Positions 47,665-58,040 are shown, numbered from the stretch's first letter. The stretch is 64,000 nucleotides of DNA from Alphaproteobacteria bacterium (GCA_017445475.1 JAFSUB010000023.1:3574-67573), one strand, 5' to 3'. The notes: a model not told the origin generated them from the letters alone. Made by a program: numbers and translations.

Positions 47665-50566
47665 CTTCATCATCTCCGACAACATATTCTTTAAGACGCG
47701 ACAGATGCTCATAATCAGGGTGAGGATTGGCATGTTTACTGTTCGGTCTTGGAAGATATGGTGTATTTTCATCGTCAAACGAGGCAAGCAAAGCCTGAAT
47801 ATGCTCTTGTGTTTCAAGCAAAACACTCGGCAAGTCTTTATCAACGCTCACAATTTTTTCTGCAAGTCCCCAATAACTGACGGCAGAAACTTTTTTTGCA
47901 GGCAATTTTTGCTGTTTTGACTCAAAACCGCCGCTTTGGGCGATGAGCGCTTCAACGGGAAGCTGCGGCGCGTAACCGCTCAAAATCTGCTTTGCCGACG
48001 GAAAGCGACCTGTTTTATAGTCAATAATGCCAAACGTGCCGTCTTTCATTTCATCAATTCTGTCGGCACGCGCCTCAATGACGACAGGCCCTCTCGGCGC
48101 TTCAAGCGACATACTGCCCCAAATTTCATGATGTGTTTGCGCAACTTCTGCGCGATAAATCTGTTCTTTAGCAACAATCCACCTTGCCGTTTTTTCAAAT
48201 CGCGCAAGCCAAAAAGCCTTTTGATCGGCCTCAAGATTGCAACGCTCAAATTCTTTTTGACCGATGTCAAGCAGCGTTTGAAGCGCATTTTCATCAAGCT
48301 GATGCGGATAAATTTGATTAAAACGCTCCAAAATTTTGTGAACAAGTGTGCCATAGTGCGTTTGGTCTAAAACATCGTCCAAATCATTCAAAGGTTTAAG
48401 CTTTAAAATATAGCGCGCATAAACCTCATAAGGGTCAATCATCAATTTTTCGATTGCCGTGGCCGAAAATTTTCTCGGTCGGCTTGCAAGCGGCGGCTTG
48501 GGACAAGCGTAAGGCAACTCAACAAACCGCTCCGGTTCTTCAAGTTTTTTCGCCGTTTCTTTATAAAACACATTTTCAATATCAGCCATTTCAAGGCCGT
48601 ATCCTTTAAGAACCGTCGACAGGCGCAACAAATAGCGCGATTTGCTCATCGGTGTGCCGCAAACGCGTTCGGCACGCGTTAAAAACACCTCGCCGGCGCA
48701 CATAAACGAAGACAAGTCATCGGACAAAACACCGATGGCTCGTTCGGGCAAATCGAGGCCGAAGTCTTTTTTCATATTGCGCGACATAAACGGATCGGAA
48801 GATGGCAGGCTCGGAAAAACACCCTCGTTTAATGAACCGATAATCATCACATCATAACGGTTGAAACGTGCCTCAATCGGGCCCAATATTTTAAGCCTCG
48901 GATGCGAACCGTAAGACTTTCGAACCGTTTGCGTTGCCAAAAGAACATCTAAAGCGGCGCCGTATTCGGCGGGGTTAATGTCAGAAATGATATCGGCATA
49001 TTCAATAAGCCGGCTCAAAAAAGCGGCGCACATTTTGCCGTCTTCAAAGCGCCAAAGTCTGTCTGCGCCCGTCATATTATTGTTTGTCGCAAGCTCTTCG
49101 GCAAGCAAAATATGTTCGGTCATCAATGTTTTGAAAGGCACTTTTTCTTGCTTAAAAAGTGCGGTCATTTTTTCAAACTTTTGCTTTAAAAGCGCAACAA
49201 TCGGGCTTTCCTCTTCATCGACCGCAACATCTGTTTGAAAGCGCGGCAGGCGTTTTTCAAGCTCGGCCGCACGCACTTTGGAAAGCAAAACGCCGTCATC
49301 AAAACCCAAACGCACAAAGGCGTTTTTCAAAAGTGCGGCAATCGACACCTCGGAAAAATCATTTTTCAAAACTTCTATCATTTGGCGCAAATAAATGCCG
49401 ATGGGGCAAAGATGAAGCGGAATACCCGAAGAATCATCAATGCTGATATCAAAGCGTTTGAGCGCACTTGAAACAGCACGCGCCAAAGCGCGGTCGGTTG
49501 TAACCAAAGCCGCCGTTTTTGAAGGCGTTTCAAGGGTTTCGCGCATAATCAGCGCAATTGTTTGTGCCTCTTCAAAATTGTCTTTGGTTTCAACAATATG
49601 AAAACCGTGAAGTGCTTTTTTCACAAACGGACTGTTCTTTAAGTTTTGCCATTCAAGGCTTGTTTCGGCAGGACGCATAATTTCAAACACCAGCCTTTCG
49701 CGCTCTTCAAAGGGCGGTGAAAGCAGGTCTTGAACATCTTCCCGCTTAAGCTTTAAAAGATTTAAAATATTTTTTTTCTCAAACTGCGGATGCGTCAAAT
49801 CAACTTTTTCAAATTCTTCGTCTGAAAGATATCTGTCAAGGCCGTATAGATAAATTTCGCCGTTTTGAAGAGAAAAAACCGCTTCAAGAATTTTTTTCAA
49901 GCCGTCGAAAGCCACGCTCAAGCCCGCCGCAACAATTTTTGTTTTCGGCGGATTTTTCTGCCAGCTTTCGGCTTGAAAACCTAAAAGAATTTGCTTTCGC
50001 ATGCACGCGTCAATTGCCCCTCTTTCCTTTAAGATTTCAGGCCAATATTGTGTAATAATTTCCAAAAACTTGAGGGTTTCCTGCCAGTGCGTTGCATATT
50101 GCGAAGGCACAATGTTTTTAAGGTTTTCAAAAGACAGCAATTGATTGTCCGCACTGTCAATCAGTTTTGCCAAATCAGCCGCAAGCGACAAGCTTTGCGC
50201 AAACGAAACGGGTGCTAAGCCGTATTTTTTATGAGAAGAAAAAATGAGCTTTGCAAACAAAAAAAGCCTTTCTTCACTTGAAATCGCGGCAGGCAGATTT
50301 GAAAGCACGGCACCGGCCGCATTTGAAAAGAAAACCTCGTCTTCGTCCAAATCGCCGACAGGCACAATTTGGGGCAGCAAAAACGGCTCAAGCCCTTTGC
50401 TTTGCAAAAATGCCTCTTTTAAGGTTGTCGCGGCGCGTCTTGAAGGCACCAAAAACAAAACATCAGAAAGCCCGAGCGGGTGGTTTTGATATTCACGCGT
50501 AAATTTATCTGCAAGCGTTTGAGCAAATGGGGCGCTGTAAGCAATGTTGTAAACTTTTGCACACAT
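47657..50566 (-). CDS. addB: Double-strand break repair protein AddB (alphaproteobacterial type)
   Basis: 969 aa with an inactivated-helicase-like N-terminus and a C-terminal RecB-like nuclease (...IIDYKTGRFPS...). Upstream of addA. Confidence 0.8.
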   Translation of the reverse strand: MCAKVYNIAYSAPFAQTLADKFTREYQNHPLGLSDVLFLVPSRRAATTLKEAFLQSKGLEPFLLPQIVPVGDLDEDEVFFSNAAGAVLSNLPAAISSEERLFLFAKLIFSSHKKYGLAPVSFAQSLSLAADLAKLIDSADNQLLSFENLKNIVPSQYATHWQETLKFLEIITQYWPEILKERGAIDACMRKQILLGFQAESWQKNPPKTKIVAAGLSVAFDGLKKILEAVFSLQNGEIYLYGLDRYLSDEEFEKVDLTHPQFEKKNILNLLKLKREDVQDLLSPPFEERERLVFEIMRPAETSLEWQNLKNSPFVKKALHGFHIVETKDNFEEAQTIALIMRETLETPSKTAALVTTDRALARAVSSALKRFDISIDDSSGIPLHLCPIGIYLRQMIEVLKNDFSEVSIAALLKNAFVRLGFDDGVLLSKVRAAELEKRLPRFQTDVAVDEEESPIVALLKQKFEKMTALFKQEKVPFKTLMTEHILLAEELATNNNMTGADRLWRFEDGKMCAAFLSRLIEYADIISDINPAEYGAALDVLLATQTVRKSYGSHPRLKILGPIEARFNRYDVMIIGSLNEGVFPSLPSSDPFMSRNMKKDFGLDLPERAIGVLSDDLSSFMCAGEVFLTRAERVCGTPMSKSRYLLRLSTVLKGYGLEMADIENVFYKETAKKLEEPERFVELPYACPKPPLASRPRKFSATAIEKLMIDPYEVYARYILKLKPLNDLDDVLDQTHYGTLVHKILERFNQIYPHQLDENALQTLLDIGQKEFERCNLEADQKAFWLARFEKTARWIVAKEQIYRAEVAQTHHEIWGSMSLEAPRGPVVIEARADRIDEMKDGTFGIIDYKTGRFPSAKQILSGYAPQLPVEALIAQSGGFESKQQKLPAKKVSAVSYWGLAEKIVSVDKDLPSVLLETQEHIQALLASFDDENTPYLPRPNSKHANPHPDYEHLSRLKEYVVGDDEDE

Positions 50567-51160
50567 TTACAAGCCTTTATCTGCAATATACGCGGCAAAT
50601 TTTTCAAGCGCGCGGGCACGATGCGAAATTTTGTTTTTAATTTGCGCGCCGAGTTCTGCAAAGGTTTCATCAAAGCCGTTCGGCACAAAAACCGGATCAA
50701 AACCGAAACCGCTTTTTCCCTTTATCTCTTGCGCAATCACACCGTCAACTCTTCCTTCAAACGAAACGCTTTCACCGTTCGGATAGGCCAAAACAAGCAC
50801 ACATTCAAAATGAGCCGCGCGTGAAGTTTGGCCGCTTTGTCGCATCTCTTGCAACAACATTCCCATCGCCTTTTCAAAATCCCTGTTTGGAGCATAACGC
50901 GCCGAATAAACCCCCGGCCTGCCGCCCAAAGCATCAACGCACAACCCTGAATCATCTGCCAAACAAGGCTTTTTTGTAAACTTTGCAATCTCTTCTGCTT
51001 TCAGTTTTGCATTTTCATAAAAAGTTTCGCCCGTTTCTTCAATGTCGGGCAGATTGATGTCATCAGAACTTAAAACTTGAATGGGAAAAGGTGCTAAAAG
51101 GGCTTTGATTTCAACAATTTTTCCTTGATTATGGCTTGCAAAAATCAGCTCTTTCATCAA
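50567..51160 (-). CDS. rdgB: Non-canonical purine NTP pyrophosphatase RdgB (Ham1 family)
   Basis: LIFASHNQGKIVEIKALL...LADDSGLCVDALGGRPGVYSARYA. Confidence 0.85.
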   Translation of the reverse strand: MMKELIFASHNQGKIVEIKALLAPFPIQVLSSDDINLPDIEETGETFYENAKLKAEEIAKFTKKPCLADDSGLCVDALGGRPGVYSARYAPNRDFEKAMGMLLQEMRQSGQTSRAAHFECVLVLAYPNGESVSFEGRVDGVIAQEIKGKSGFGFDPVFVPNGFDETFAELGAQIKNKISHRARALEKFAAYIADKGL

Positions 51161-51170
51161 AAAATCTCCT

Positions 51171-51710
51171 TTAATTTTCGCTCAAAAAAGAATCAAGGGC
51201 TTTCATCACGCGGTTAACGGTGTTTTCAACCCGCTCATCTTTGGTTTCAACAACAATGTCCGCCTCTTCGTAATAAGGATATTCTTCTTTAATATAATTT
51301 TCGAGCTTTTCTTTCAAATCGGCCGATGAACCCAGCAAAAACGGACGCGGTTTGCGCCCAGATGTGCGCTCATAAAGTGTGTTGACGTCGGCTTTAAGCC
51401 AAACGGTTAAGGCATATTGTTTTGCCAAGTCTCGGGTTGATTTTGCGACAAACGAGCCGCCACCCGAGGCCAAAACACACGGGCTGCTTTGAAGCAAGCG
51501 CTTCATCACACGCATTTCACCTGCGCGATATTCTTCCTTGCCGAAACACTTTAGCACGTCAATCAGCGACAATCCGGAGGCTTTTTCAATTTCACGATCG
51601 CCGTCAACAAAAGGCAGATTAAGCTTTTGCGCCAATCTTTTTCCGACACTTGTCTTCCCGCTTCCCATCAAGCCCACAAGCAAAATGATTTTATTGATAT
51701 TTTTTCTCAT
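51171..51710 (-). CDS. aroK: Shikimate kinase
   Basis: IILLVGLMGSGKTSVGKRLAQKLNLPFVDGDREIE. Confidence 0.8.
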   Translation of the reverse strand: MRKNINKIILLVGLMGSGKTSVGKRLAQKLNLPFVDGDREIEKASGLSLIDVLKCFGKEEYRAGEMRVMKRLLQSSPCVLASGGGSFVAKSTRDLAKQYALTVWLKADVNTLYERTSGRKPRPFLLGSSADLKEKLENYIKEEYPYYEEADIVVETKDERVENTVNRVMKALDSFLSEN

Positions 51711-51794
51711 TTTTTAACGCTTCATTTAATAAAATTATGCTATATTATACGAAATTAAAACAACATATCAACATTTTTATAAAGGTAATCTACC

Positions 51795-51932
51795 ATGAAA
51801 CAAAAAAATTATAAATGGCTTTTATATCTTGTGTGCTTGATTTTGCTTGGTGCAATTTTGTTTTTGGCTTTCAAAGACATTACGCCGCTTTCAAAGCACA
51901 TTGAAAAGGACATCACGCTCACTTTAAGTTAA
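51795..51932 (+). CDS. Small (45 aa) single-TM hypothetical protein
   Basis: MKQKNYKWLLYLVCLILLGAILFLAFKDITPLSKHIEKDITLTLS. It ends 4 nt before xerD and was not in the ORF track (shorter than 60 aa). Confidence 0.25.
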   Translation: MKQKNYKWLLYLVCLILLGAILFLAFKDITPLSKHIEKDITLTLS

Positions 51933-51936
51933 ATCA

Positions 51937-52860
51937 ATGGCAAGCGAAGTTGAATTGTTTTTAGAAATGATGGCCGCCGAAAAAGGCGCAAGCCGAAACA
52001 CGCTTTCGTCTTATGAAGCCGATTTAAGACAGTTTTTTGAAGTTTGCAATGCAAAGTGTCAAAACATCAGCCCCGAAGATGTCGAAAAATACATCGGAGC
52101 TTTATCTTTAAGACATTACACCGCAAAGTCTTTGGCACGCAAATTATCGACGATTCGGAGTTTTTGCAAGTTTTTAATGGAAGAAAAAATCTTAAAAAAC
52201 AACCCGATTGCCGACATCAGTATGCCAAAGCAAGAAAAAAACCTTCCAAAAGCCTTGGATTTTGCCTGCCTTAATGCGTTGTATGAAAAAAGCAAAGCAC
52301 GCAAAAGCCTCTCAAGCCGGCGCATCGGAATAATCGCAAAATTGATGTTTTCAAGTGGTTTGCGTGTATCCGAAGCAGTCGAGTTAAAGCTTTCAGCCGT
52401 TAATTTTGCAAAAAATCAAATTATGGTTAAAGGCAAAGGCAGCAAAGAGCGTATTGTTTTCTTTACCGATGAGGTCAAAAAAATCCTGCAAGATTATGTG
52501 CTTTCCGACAGGCCCGTTTTTTTAGAAAAAAACAAAACATCTCCCTACCTTTTTCCGTCAAAAACCTCAAAAAGCGGGCACATCACACGCGATAGTTTCG
52601 GCAAAGGGTTGAAGCGTTTGGGTCTTGAATGCGGCTTAAAGGCAAAACAGATTTTTCCGCACGCCCTGCGCCACTCATTTGCAACAAACCTCCTAGAAAA
52701 AGGCGCCGATTTGCGCGCCGTCCAAAGAATGCTTGGTCATGAAAGCATCGCCACGACGGAAATTTACACACATATTACTCCAAAAAAATTGATTGAACAG
52801 GCCATCAATGCTCATCCGTTAAATAATTTTGACATCAGCAGGAAAAAAGAGCCGATATGA
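51937..52860 (+). CDS. xerD: Site-specific tyrosine recombinase XerD
   Basis: ...HALRHSFATNLLEKGADLRAVQRMLGHESIATTEIYTHI (R-H-R-Y catalytic tail). Its N-terminal SAM-like domain matches XerD rather than a phage integrase. Confidence 0.85.
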   Translation: MASEVELFLEMMAAEKGASRNTLSSYEADLRQFFEVCNAKCQNISPEDVEKYIGALSLRHYTAKSLARKLSTIRSFCKFLMEEKILKNNPIADISMPKQEKNLPKALDFACLNALYEKSKARKSLSSRRIGIIAKLMFSSGLRVSEAVELKLSAVNFAKNQIMVKGKGSKERIVFFTDEVKKILQDYVLSDRPVFLEKNKTSPYLFPSKTSKSGHITRDSFGKGLKRLGLECGLKAKQIFPHALRHSFATNLLEKGADLRAVQRMLGHESIATTEIYTHITPKKLIEQAINAHPLNNFDISRKKEPI

Positions 52861-53384
52861 AAGCCAAAAAAAACATCATCGAAAAACAACACAAAAGCGA
52901 AGGTTTGACATCTCTTTCAAACAACATCGAAACTTTTGTTCAAAAGCTTTTGGGCAATAAAGCTTTGGTGCAGACAGATATTTTGCGCAGTTGGGAAAAA
53001 ATCGTCGGCAAAGATTTGGCTGAACACACGTTTGTTCAAAGGCTTGAATTTAAAAAAGATAAACGCGATGAAGGCACTCTTTTTTTGCTTGTTTCAAGCG
53101 GCGGCTTTGCACTTGAAATTGCTCAAAAAAGCCCGATGATTATTGAAAAAATCAACACATATTTCGGCTACAAGGCGGTTACGCACATTAAAATCGTGCA
53201 GCAGGACGGTTTTTTTGGCGCTAAAGACATCAATGTTGCGGATAGAACAAAGAAAAATCTTGTAAGTAAAAATGAACAAAACTATATTGGCTCTATCGGC
53301 GACGGCATTAAAAACGAAAGCTTAAAACAACAGCTTGAATCTTTGGCACGAAGCATAGCAGACACCCAAAAAAAGGAGGATTGA
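52857..53384 (+). CDS. DUF721 / DciA-like protein
   Basis: 175 aa. Its ATG overlaps the xerD stop (ATGA). Family assignment is from general pattern only. Confidence 0.4.
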   Translation: MKAKKNIIEKQHKSEGLTSLSNNIETFVQKLLGNKALVQTDILRSWEKIVGKDLAEHTFVQRLEFKKDKRDEGTLFLLVSSGGFALEIAQKSPMIIEKINTYFGYKAVTHIKIVQQDGFFGAKDINVADRTKKNLVSKNEQNYIGSIGDGIKNESLKQQLESLARSIADTQKKED

Positions 53385-53386
53385 TT

Positions 53387-54166
53387 TTGGAAAAATACAT
53401 ACATCGGTTGAGTTTTATCATCACGTTTGTTTTGGTTTATATCGCAGCAGGTTATATCTACCTGTCGTATAAGGGCTTTGTCTATCAGGAAGGTTCTTTT
53501 GAACTTGTCAAGCCTGCCAATGCCGCCGTTTCAGACGAAAAAATTTCAGCCGCCGCACAAAGTTTTGCCACACCGATTGATTCAAACATTGCGCTCAATT
53601 TTGAAGCCCAAAACGTTGTCGGATCGAAAGACGCACCGCTTACAATTTATGAATTTTCATCATTTGGCTGTCCGCATTGTGCCGATTTCCACTTAAACGT
53701 TTTGCCCAAACTGTCAGAGCAATATTTTGACACAAACAAAGTTCGGCTTGTCTTCATCGCTTTTCCGCTTGACAGACGCTCAATGCAGGCCGCAATGCTT
53801 GAGCATTGCTTAAACCCCTTTGACAGGCCTGATTTTGTTAATCTTATTTTTTCAAAACAGCGCGAATGGGCTCTTGCGCGCAAAGCTGAAGTGCCTTTTG
53901 CCGCATACGCACAAAATTTCGGTCTTAAAGAGCAAGACTTTAAAGCGTGTCTTAAAAACGACACCCTTGCCAAAGAAATTATGTTCAGCCGTCAGGAGGC
54001 CATCGACAAGCTCAAAATTGAAGGAACGCCGGCCTTTTTAATCAGCGACGCATATAAAAATGAAATTATATACGGCGTGTCAAGCTTCAAAGATTTCAAG
54101 CAATATCTTGATGAAAGAATTTCCCTTTTGGAACAAGCAAAAAAAACATCTTCGGACGAACAATAG
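53387..54166 (+). CDS. DsbA-like thiol:disulfide oxidoreductase (thioredoxin fold, CPHC)
   Basis: Single TM, then ...LTIYEFSSFGCPHCADFH... Probable TTG start 6 nt after an AGGAGGA SD. Confidence 0.65.
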   Translation: MEKYIHRLSFIITFVLVYIAAGYIYLSYKGFVYQEGSFELVKPANAAVSDEKISAAAQSFATPIDSNIALNFEAQNVVGSKDAPLTIYEFSSFGCPHCADFHLNVLPKLSEQYFDTNKVRLVFIAFPLDRRSMQAAMLEHCLNPFDRPDFVNLIFSKQREWALARKAEVPFAAYAQNFGLKEQDFKACLKNDTLAKEIMFSRQEAIDKLKIEGTPAFLISDAYKNEIIYGVSSFKDFKQYLDERISLLEQAKKTSSDEQ

Positions 54167-54466
54167 ATGAAAAAAAGCAATGACATCGCAAAGCTTGAAG
54201 AAAGAATCAGTGCTTTTAAGAAAAACAAAGAAGCGCAGGAGCAACGCGATGCTCAAATGTCGCCTTCATCAAATGCGGCAAAGGGCTTTCAGATGAGTGT
54301 TGAACTCGTTTCCGCCATTGCTGTCGGTGCGGCGATCGGCTATTTTTTAGATGATATGTTTGATACTTTTCCCGTTTTTTTATGTATATTGACCGTTTTA
54401 GGCGGTGCTGCCGGTGTTTTGAATATGTATCGAACGGCAAAAGAGCAAGAAAAAGGGGGAAATTGA
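54167..54466 (+). CDS. atpI: ATP synthase protein I (AtpI/assembly protein)
   Basis: 99-aa two-TM protein immediately upstream of atpB. Its stop overlaps the atpB ATG. Confidence 0.6.
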   Translation: MKKSNDIAKLEERISAFKKNKEAQEQRDAQMSPSSNAAKGFQMSVELVSAIAVGAAIGYFLDDMFDTFPVFLCILTVLGGAAGVLNMYRTAKEQEKGGN

Positions 54467-55188
54467 TGTCAAGCCCGTTGGAACAATTTGAAATTAAGCC
54501 GATTGTTGGCCTTTATGTCAAAGGTTACGACATCTCGTTTTCAAATTCGGCTTTGGCGATGGTGATAAGCTCGGCCGCCATCATCTTGATTTTCGCACTG
54601 CTTTTAAGAAAGCGCAGCATCATTCCGAATTTGGCGCAATCGGTGCCGGAGGCGCTTTATGAATTTATTTACAATCTCATAAAATCAAGCACCGGCAAAG
54701 CAGGTTTGAAATACTTTTCGTTTATCTTCTGTCTGTTTTTATATATCGCGGTCGGTAACGTTTTCGGGCTTTTCCCTTATAGCTTCACATTTACGTCGCA
54801 CATTGCGGCGGTTGGCGCGCTGTCGATTTTGGCGCTCATTTTCAATATGATTGTGGGCATACGCGCGCGCAAACTCGGCTATTTGCGCACTTTTTTACCA
54901 AAGGGGATTCCTTATGCTTTGGCGCCGCTTGTTGTGCCTATTGAGATGATATCGCTTCTTTCAAAACCATTCAGCCTAACCGTTCGTTTGGTTGCCAATA
55001 TGACGGTGGGGCACATTATGCTCAAAATTTTGGGCGGCTTTGTTGTGGGGCTTGGACTTTTCGGCTTTGTGCCAATCGTTTTTCAAGCCTTGATAATTAT
55101 TTTTGAATTGTTTATTGCAGTTTTGCAGGCTTTTATATATACTGTTTTAAGCTGCATATATTTGGGTGATGCCTTGCGCGCACATTAA
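54466..55188 (+). CDS. atpB: F0F1 ATP synthase subunit a
   Basis: MSSPLEQFEIKPIVGL... with the conserved Arg region ...LSKPFSLTVRLVANMTVGHIMLKIL. Confidence 0.85.
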   Translation: MSSPLEQFEIKPIVGLYVKGYDISFSNSALAMVISSAAIILIFALLLRKRSIIPNLAQSVPEALYEFIYNLIKSSTGKAGLKYFSFIFCLFLYIAVGNVFGLFPYSFTFTSHIAAVGALSILALIFNMIVGIRARKLGYLRTFLPKGIPYALAPLVVPIEMISLLSKPFSLTVRLVANMTVGHIMLKILGGFVVGLGLFGFVPIVFQALIIIFELFIAVLQAFIYTVLSCIYLGDALRAH

Positions 55189-55218
55189 CGTTTAACTCAT
55201 AAAGAAAGGAAAAATAAA

Positions 55219-55440
55219 ATGGAACCGATAGCTTATATTTCTGCCGCAATTTGCGCCGTTTCGATGGTTGTTGCCGCTTGGGGCGTAACCAAGCTTTGGA
55301 CAACAATGATTGAAACCGTCGGCCGCAATCCGCAGGTTAAAAAGGAAGTTGATATATACGGCTGGGCAGGCTTTGCCGCCATTGAGGCAATTGCGCTTTA
55401 TGCCTTGGTTGTTGCGCTTGTCATTTTAACCGGCAAATAA
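55219..55440 (+). CDS. atpE: F0F1 ATP synthase subunit c, with an atypical helix-1 (glycine motif largely replaced)
   Basis: ...ETVGRNPQVKKEVDIYGWAGFAAIEAIALYALVVALVIL has the conserved loop and the helix-2 carboxylate Glu. Helix 1 reads AAICAVSMVVAAWGVT instead of the usual GxGxGxG. Confidence 0.7.
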   Translation: MEPIAYISAAICAVSMVVAAWGVTKLWTTMIETVGRNPQVKKEVDIYGWAGFAAIEAIALYALVVALVILTGK

Positions 55441-55441
55441 A

Positions 55442-55927
55442 ATGCCGCAGCTTGATCCCTCATCATATTTTTCGCAGATTTTTTGGCTGACGCTCACGTT
55501 TTTAAGCCTTTGGTTTCTCATGTCGTGGTTCATTATTCCGCGCATATCCGAAGTGATTGAAGCGCGAAGGCGCAAGATTGACGACTATATACAAAAAGCA
55601 GAGAGCATCAATCAAAAAGCATTAAGCACGCTTGAGCGTTATGAATCGGCACTGTCAAAGGCAAAAGAGCAAACAAAAAAGCAAATTTTGCAAACAAAAG
55701 AGAACGCAGCGCTTGAAATTGAGCAAAAGCAAGCGGCTTTTGAGCACGAATTAACTTCCAAAATTGCCGAAAATGAATTTGCGATTGCCAAAGACAGAAA
55801 AGAAACGCTTGAAGCTGTCGATGAGGTTTCGGTCAAATCTGCCGCAACCATTTTGCAAAAGCTTAATCTTGCAAACGCTCACACACAAGAACAACTGCGC
55901 CTGCTTGCAAAACATAAGGATTTTTGA
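55442..55927 (+). CDS. atpF2: F0F1 ATP synthase subunit b'
   Basis: MPQLDPSSYFSQIFWLTLTFLSLWFLMSWFIIPRISEVIEARR... is typical of alphaproteobacterial b'. Confidence 0.7.
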   Translation: MPQLDPSSYFSQIFWLTLTFLSLWFLMSWFIIPRISEVIEARRRKIDDYIQKAESINQKALSTLERYESALSKAKEQTKKQILQTKENAALEIEQKQAAFEHELTSKIAENEFAIAKDRKETLEAVDEVSVKSAATILQKLNLANAHTQEQLRLLAKHKDF

Positions 55928-56553
55928 TGGAAGATATTAAGCAACAACCTTCCGCCGGAACGGAAATTTTGGACGGCGCACAAAATGCCGTGATTGACGC
56001 CGTGTCAACGGTTTCCGAGATGATTGAAAAAACAACGGCGGAAAGCGTCTTTTCACAAAAAAACGAACACGAGGCTTTTTATTTGGAAGCGGAGTTTTGG
56101 GTTGGTTTTTCGTTTGTTTTGGTTGTCATCGTTTTGGCAAAACCGCTTTTCAAGGCTTTGAAAAATATGCTGATTTTAAGGCGCGACAAAATTGTTGCAC
56201 AGTTTGATGAAGCCCAAAAAATCAGGGACGACGCGCAAAAACTATATGCCGAATATGAGCGCAAATCAGCAAATGTGGATAAAGAAGTCGGTCAAATTTT
56301 TGAAAAGGCGCGCCTTGAGGTGCAAGCTTTCACCGACGCACAAACAAAAATTTTAGACGAGGAGTTTGCAAAGCGGCAAAAAGAAGCAGACGCTTTGATT
56401 TTGTCGTCAAAAGAAAAAAATCAAAAAGAGATGGACGCCGACATCTCCGAAAAAACCATCGCGCTGACAAAACAATATTTAAAAATGAGCCTTGATGAAC
56501 AAACAAAATCAAAACTCATCGACGAATCAATTGCCCGCATCACTCAGATTTGA
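55924..56553 (+). CDS. atpF: F0F1 ATP synthase subunit b
   Basis: Single TM (FWVGFSFVLVVIVLAKPLF), then a long charged coiled-coil. Confidence 0.7.
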   Translation: MMEDIKQQPSAGTEILDGAQNAVIDAVSTVSEMIEKTTAESVFSQKNEHEAFYLEAEFWVGFSFVLVVIVLAKPLFKALKNMLILRRDKIVAQFDEAQKIRDDAQKLYAEYERKSANVDKEVGQIFEKARLEVQAFTDAQTKILDEEFAKRQKEADALILSSKEKNQKEMDADISEKTIALTKQYLKMSLDEQTKSKLIDESIARITQI

Positions 56554-57897
56554 TTATTTTCCTATACAAAAAGAAGAAAAAATTTTATCTAAAATTTCGC
56601 CAACCTCAATTTCGCCCGTAATTTTGCCGATTGCGCGCGCGGCAAGCCGAATGTCCTCGGCCGACAGTTCAATTTCTTTGTTTAAGCTGAAATTTGAAAG
56701 GTTCTTAACACACTCGCCCAGCGATTCGCGATAGCGTGCACGAGTAATAACGGTATTTTCCGGCGCGCTTATGTTTTGCTCTAAAAAGTTTTTGATTTTT
56801 GAAAAAAGCAAAGGCAATCCTTCTTTTGTTTTTGCCGAAAGAACAACACAATTTGCCTCTAAAAGCTCCAAACACTGTTCATGGCTCAATTTATCGGCTT
56901 TATTCGCAACCAAAAAAGTTTTATTTTTATGTTTTGAAAGGGCGCTTAAAACACAATCCGGCGTATCGCATGAAGCATCAAAAACCGCCAAAACAAGGTC
57001 TGCGTCATTTATTTTTTGTTTAGCAATTTCAATGCCTTGTTTTTCAATTTTGTCCTGCGCCTGCCTTAAACCCGCCGTATCCGTTAAAACGACGGGATAG
57101 CCAGATATATCAAGATAAACGTCAACAGCATCTCTTGTGGTTCCGGCAACATCTGAAACAATAACAGCCTGCCGCTCAATGATAGCGTTCAACAAGCTTG
57201 ATTTTCCGGCGTTCACGGGGCCTGTTAAAACAACACGGAAACCTTCGCGCAAACGCTCTCCGGCACGTGATGAGCGAAGGTGGCCTTCAATTTCGGCTTT
57301 CAAATTTGACACACCCTGTAAAATTTCACTCACGGCCCCATTTGGAATGTTCTCGTCGGGAAAGTCGATGTATGCTTCCAAATGCGCCAATATTTCAAGA
57401 AGTTTTGCGCGCCAATTCGAATATAACACGCGCAGGTTTCCCGAAAGTTGCTTTAGGGCCTGCTTTTGCTGGAAATACGTTTCGGCGTCAATCAAATCGG
57501 CCAAACCTTCGGCTTCTGTCAAATCCATTTTGTGGTTGTAAAAGGCTCGTTTGGAAAATTCGCCGGCCTCGGCCAAACGAAACCCCTCAATCAGGGCAAG
57601 ATTTTCAAGAATCGAGCTTAAAACGGCCTTTGAACCATGTGCATGGATTTCAACGACATCTTCGCCCGTAAACGAATGCGGCGCTTTAAAATAGATAAGC
57701 AAAACATTGTCTAAAAGCTCTTTGCTTTGAACACCGTAAAGTTTTGTGAAATAGGCGTGGCGCGGCAAAATTTTTTTCGGGCTGATATGTGTCATCTTTT
57801 GAATAACGCTGAGCGCGTTTTCACCCGATATGCGAACAACGGCAACACCCGATTTGCCGCGTGCCGTTGAAAGCGCATATATTGTTTCCCCATCCAT
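56554..57897 (-). CDS. mnmE: tRNA modification GTPase MnmE (TrmE)
   Basis: MDGETIYALSTARGKSGVAVVRISG..., G-domain GPVNAGKSSLLN, C-terminal ...FCIGK. Confidence 0.9.
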   Translation of the reverse strand: MDGETIYALSTARGKSGVAVVRISGENALSVIQKMTHISPKKILPRHAYFTKLYGVQSKELLDNVLLIYFKAPHSFTGEDVVEIHAHGSKAVLSSILENLALIEGFRLAEAGEFSKRAFYNHKMDLTEAEGLADLIDAETYFQQKQALKQLSGNLRVLYSNWRAKLLEILAHLEAYIDFPDENIPNGAVSEILQGVSNLKAEIEGHLRSSRAGERLREGFRVVLTGPVNAGKSSLLNAIIERQAVIVSDVAGTTRDAVDVYLDISGYPVVLTDTAGLRQAQDKIEKQGIEIAKQKINDADLVLAVFDASCDTPDCVLSALSKHKNKTFLVANKADKLSHEQCLELLEANCVVLSAKTKEGLPLLFSKIKNFLEQNISAPENTVITRARYRESLGECVKNLSNFSLNKEIELSAEDIRLAARAIGKITGEIEVGEILDKIFSSFCIGK

Positions 57898-58040
57898 CTT
57901 GCTTGCCTTTTACCTCAAAAACATTCATACACCAAACAGCTTAAAAATTCAAACGTTTTCTTAAAAAAAACATCAGCCCGAAAAAAACAGCGCTTGACAA
58001 ATAAACGCATAGATGATAAATTGCAAGCTCAACTATTATT

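Noticed and set aside
51937-52860. Tyrosine recombinase as a marker of a prophage or integrative element
   Set aside because: The sequence and N-terminal domain match chromosomal XerD. The flanks are housekeeping genes and no att-like repeats are nearby.
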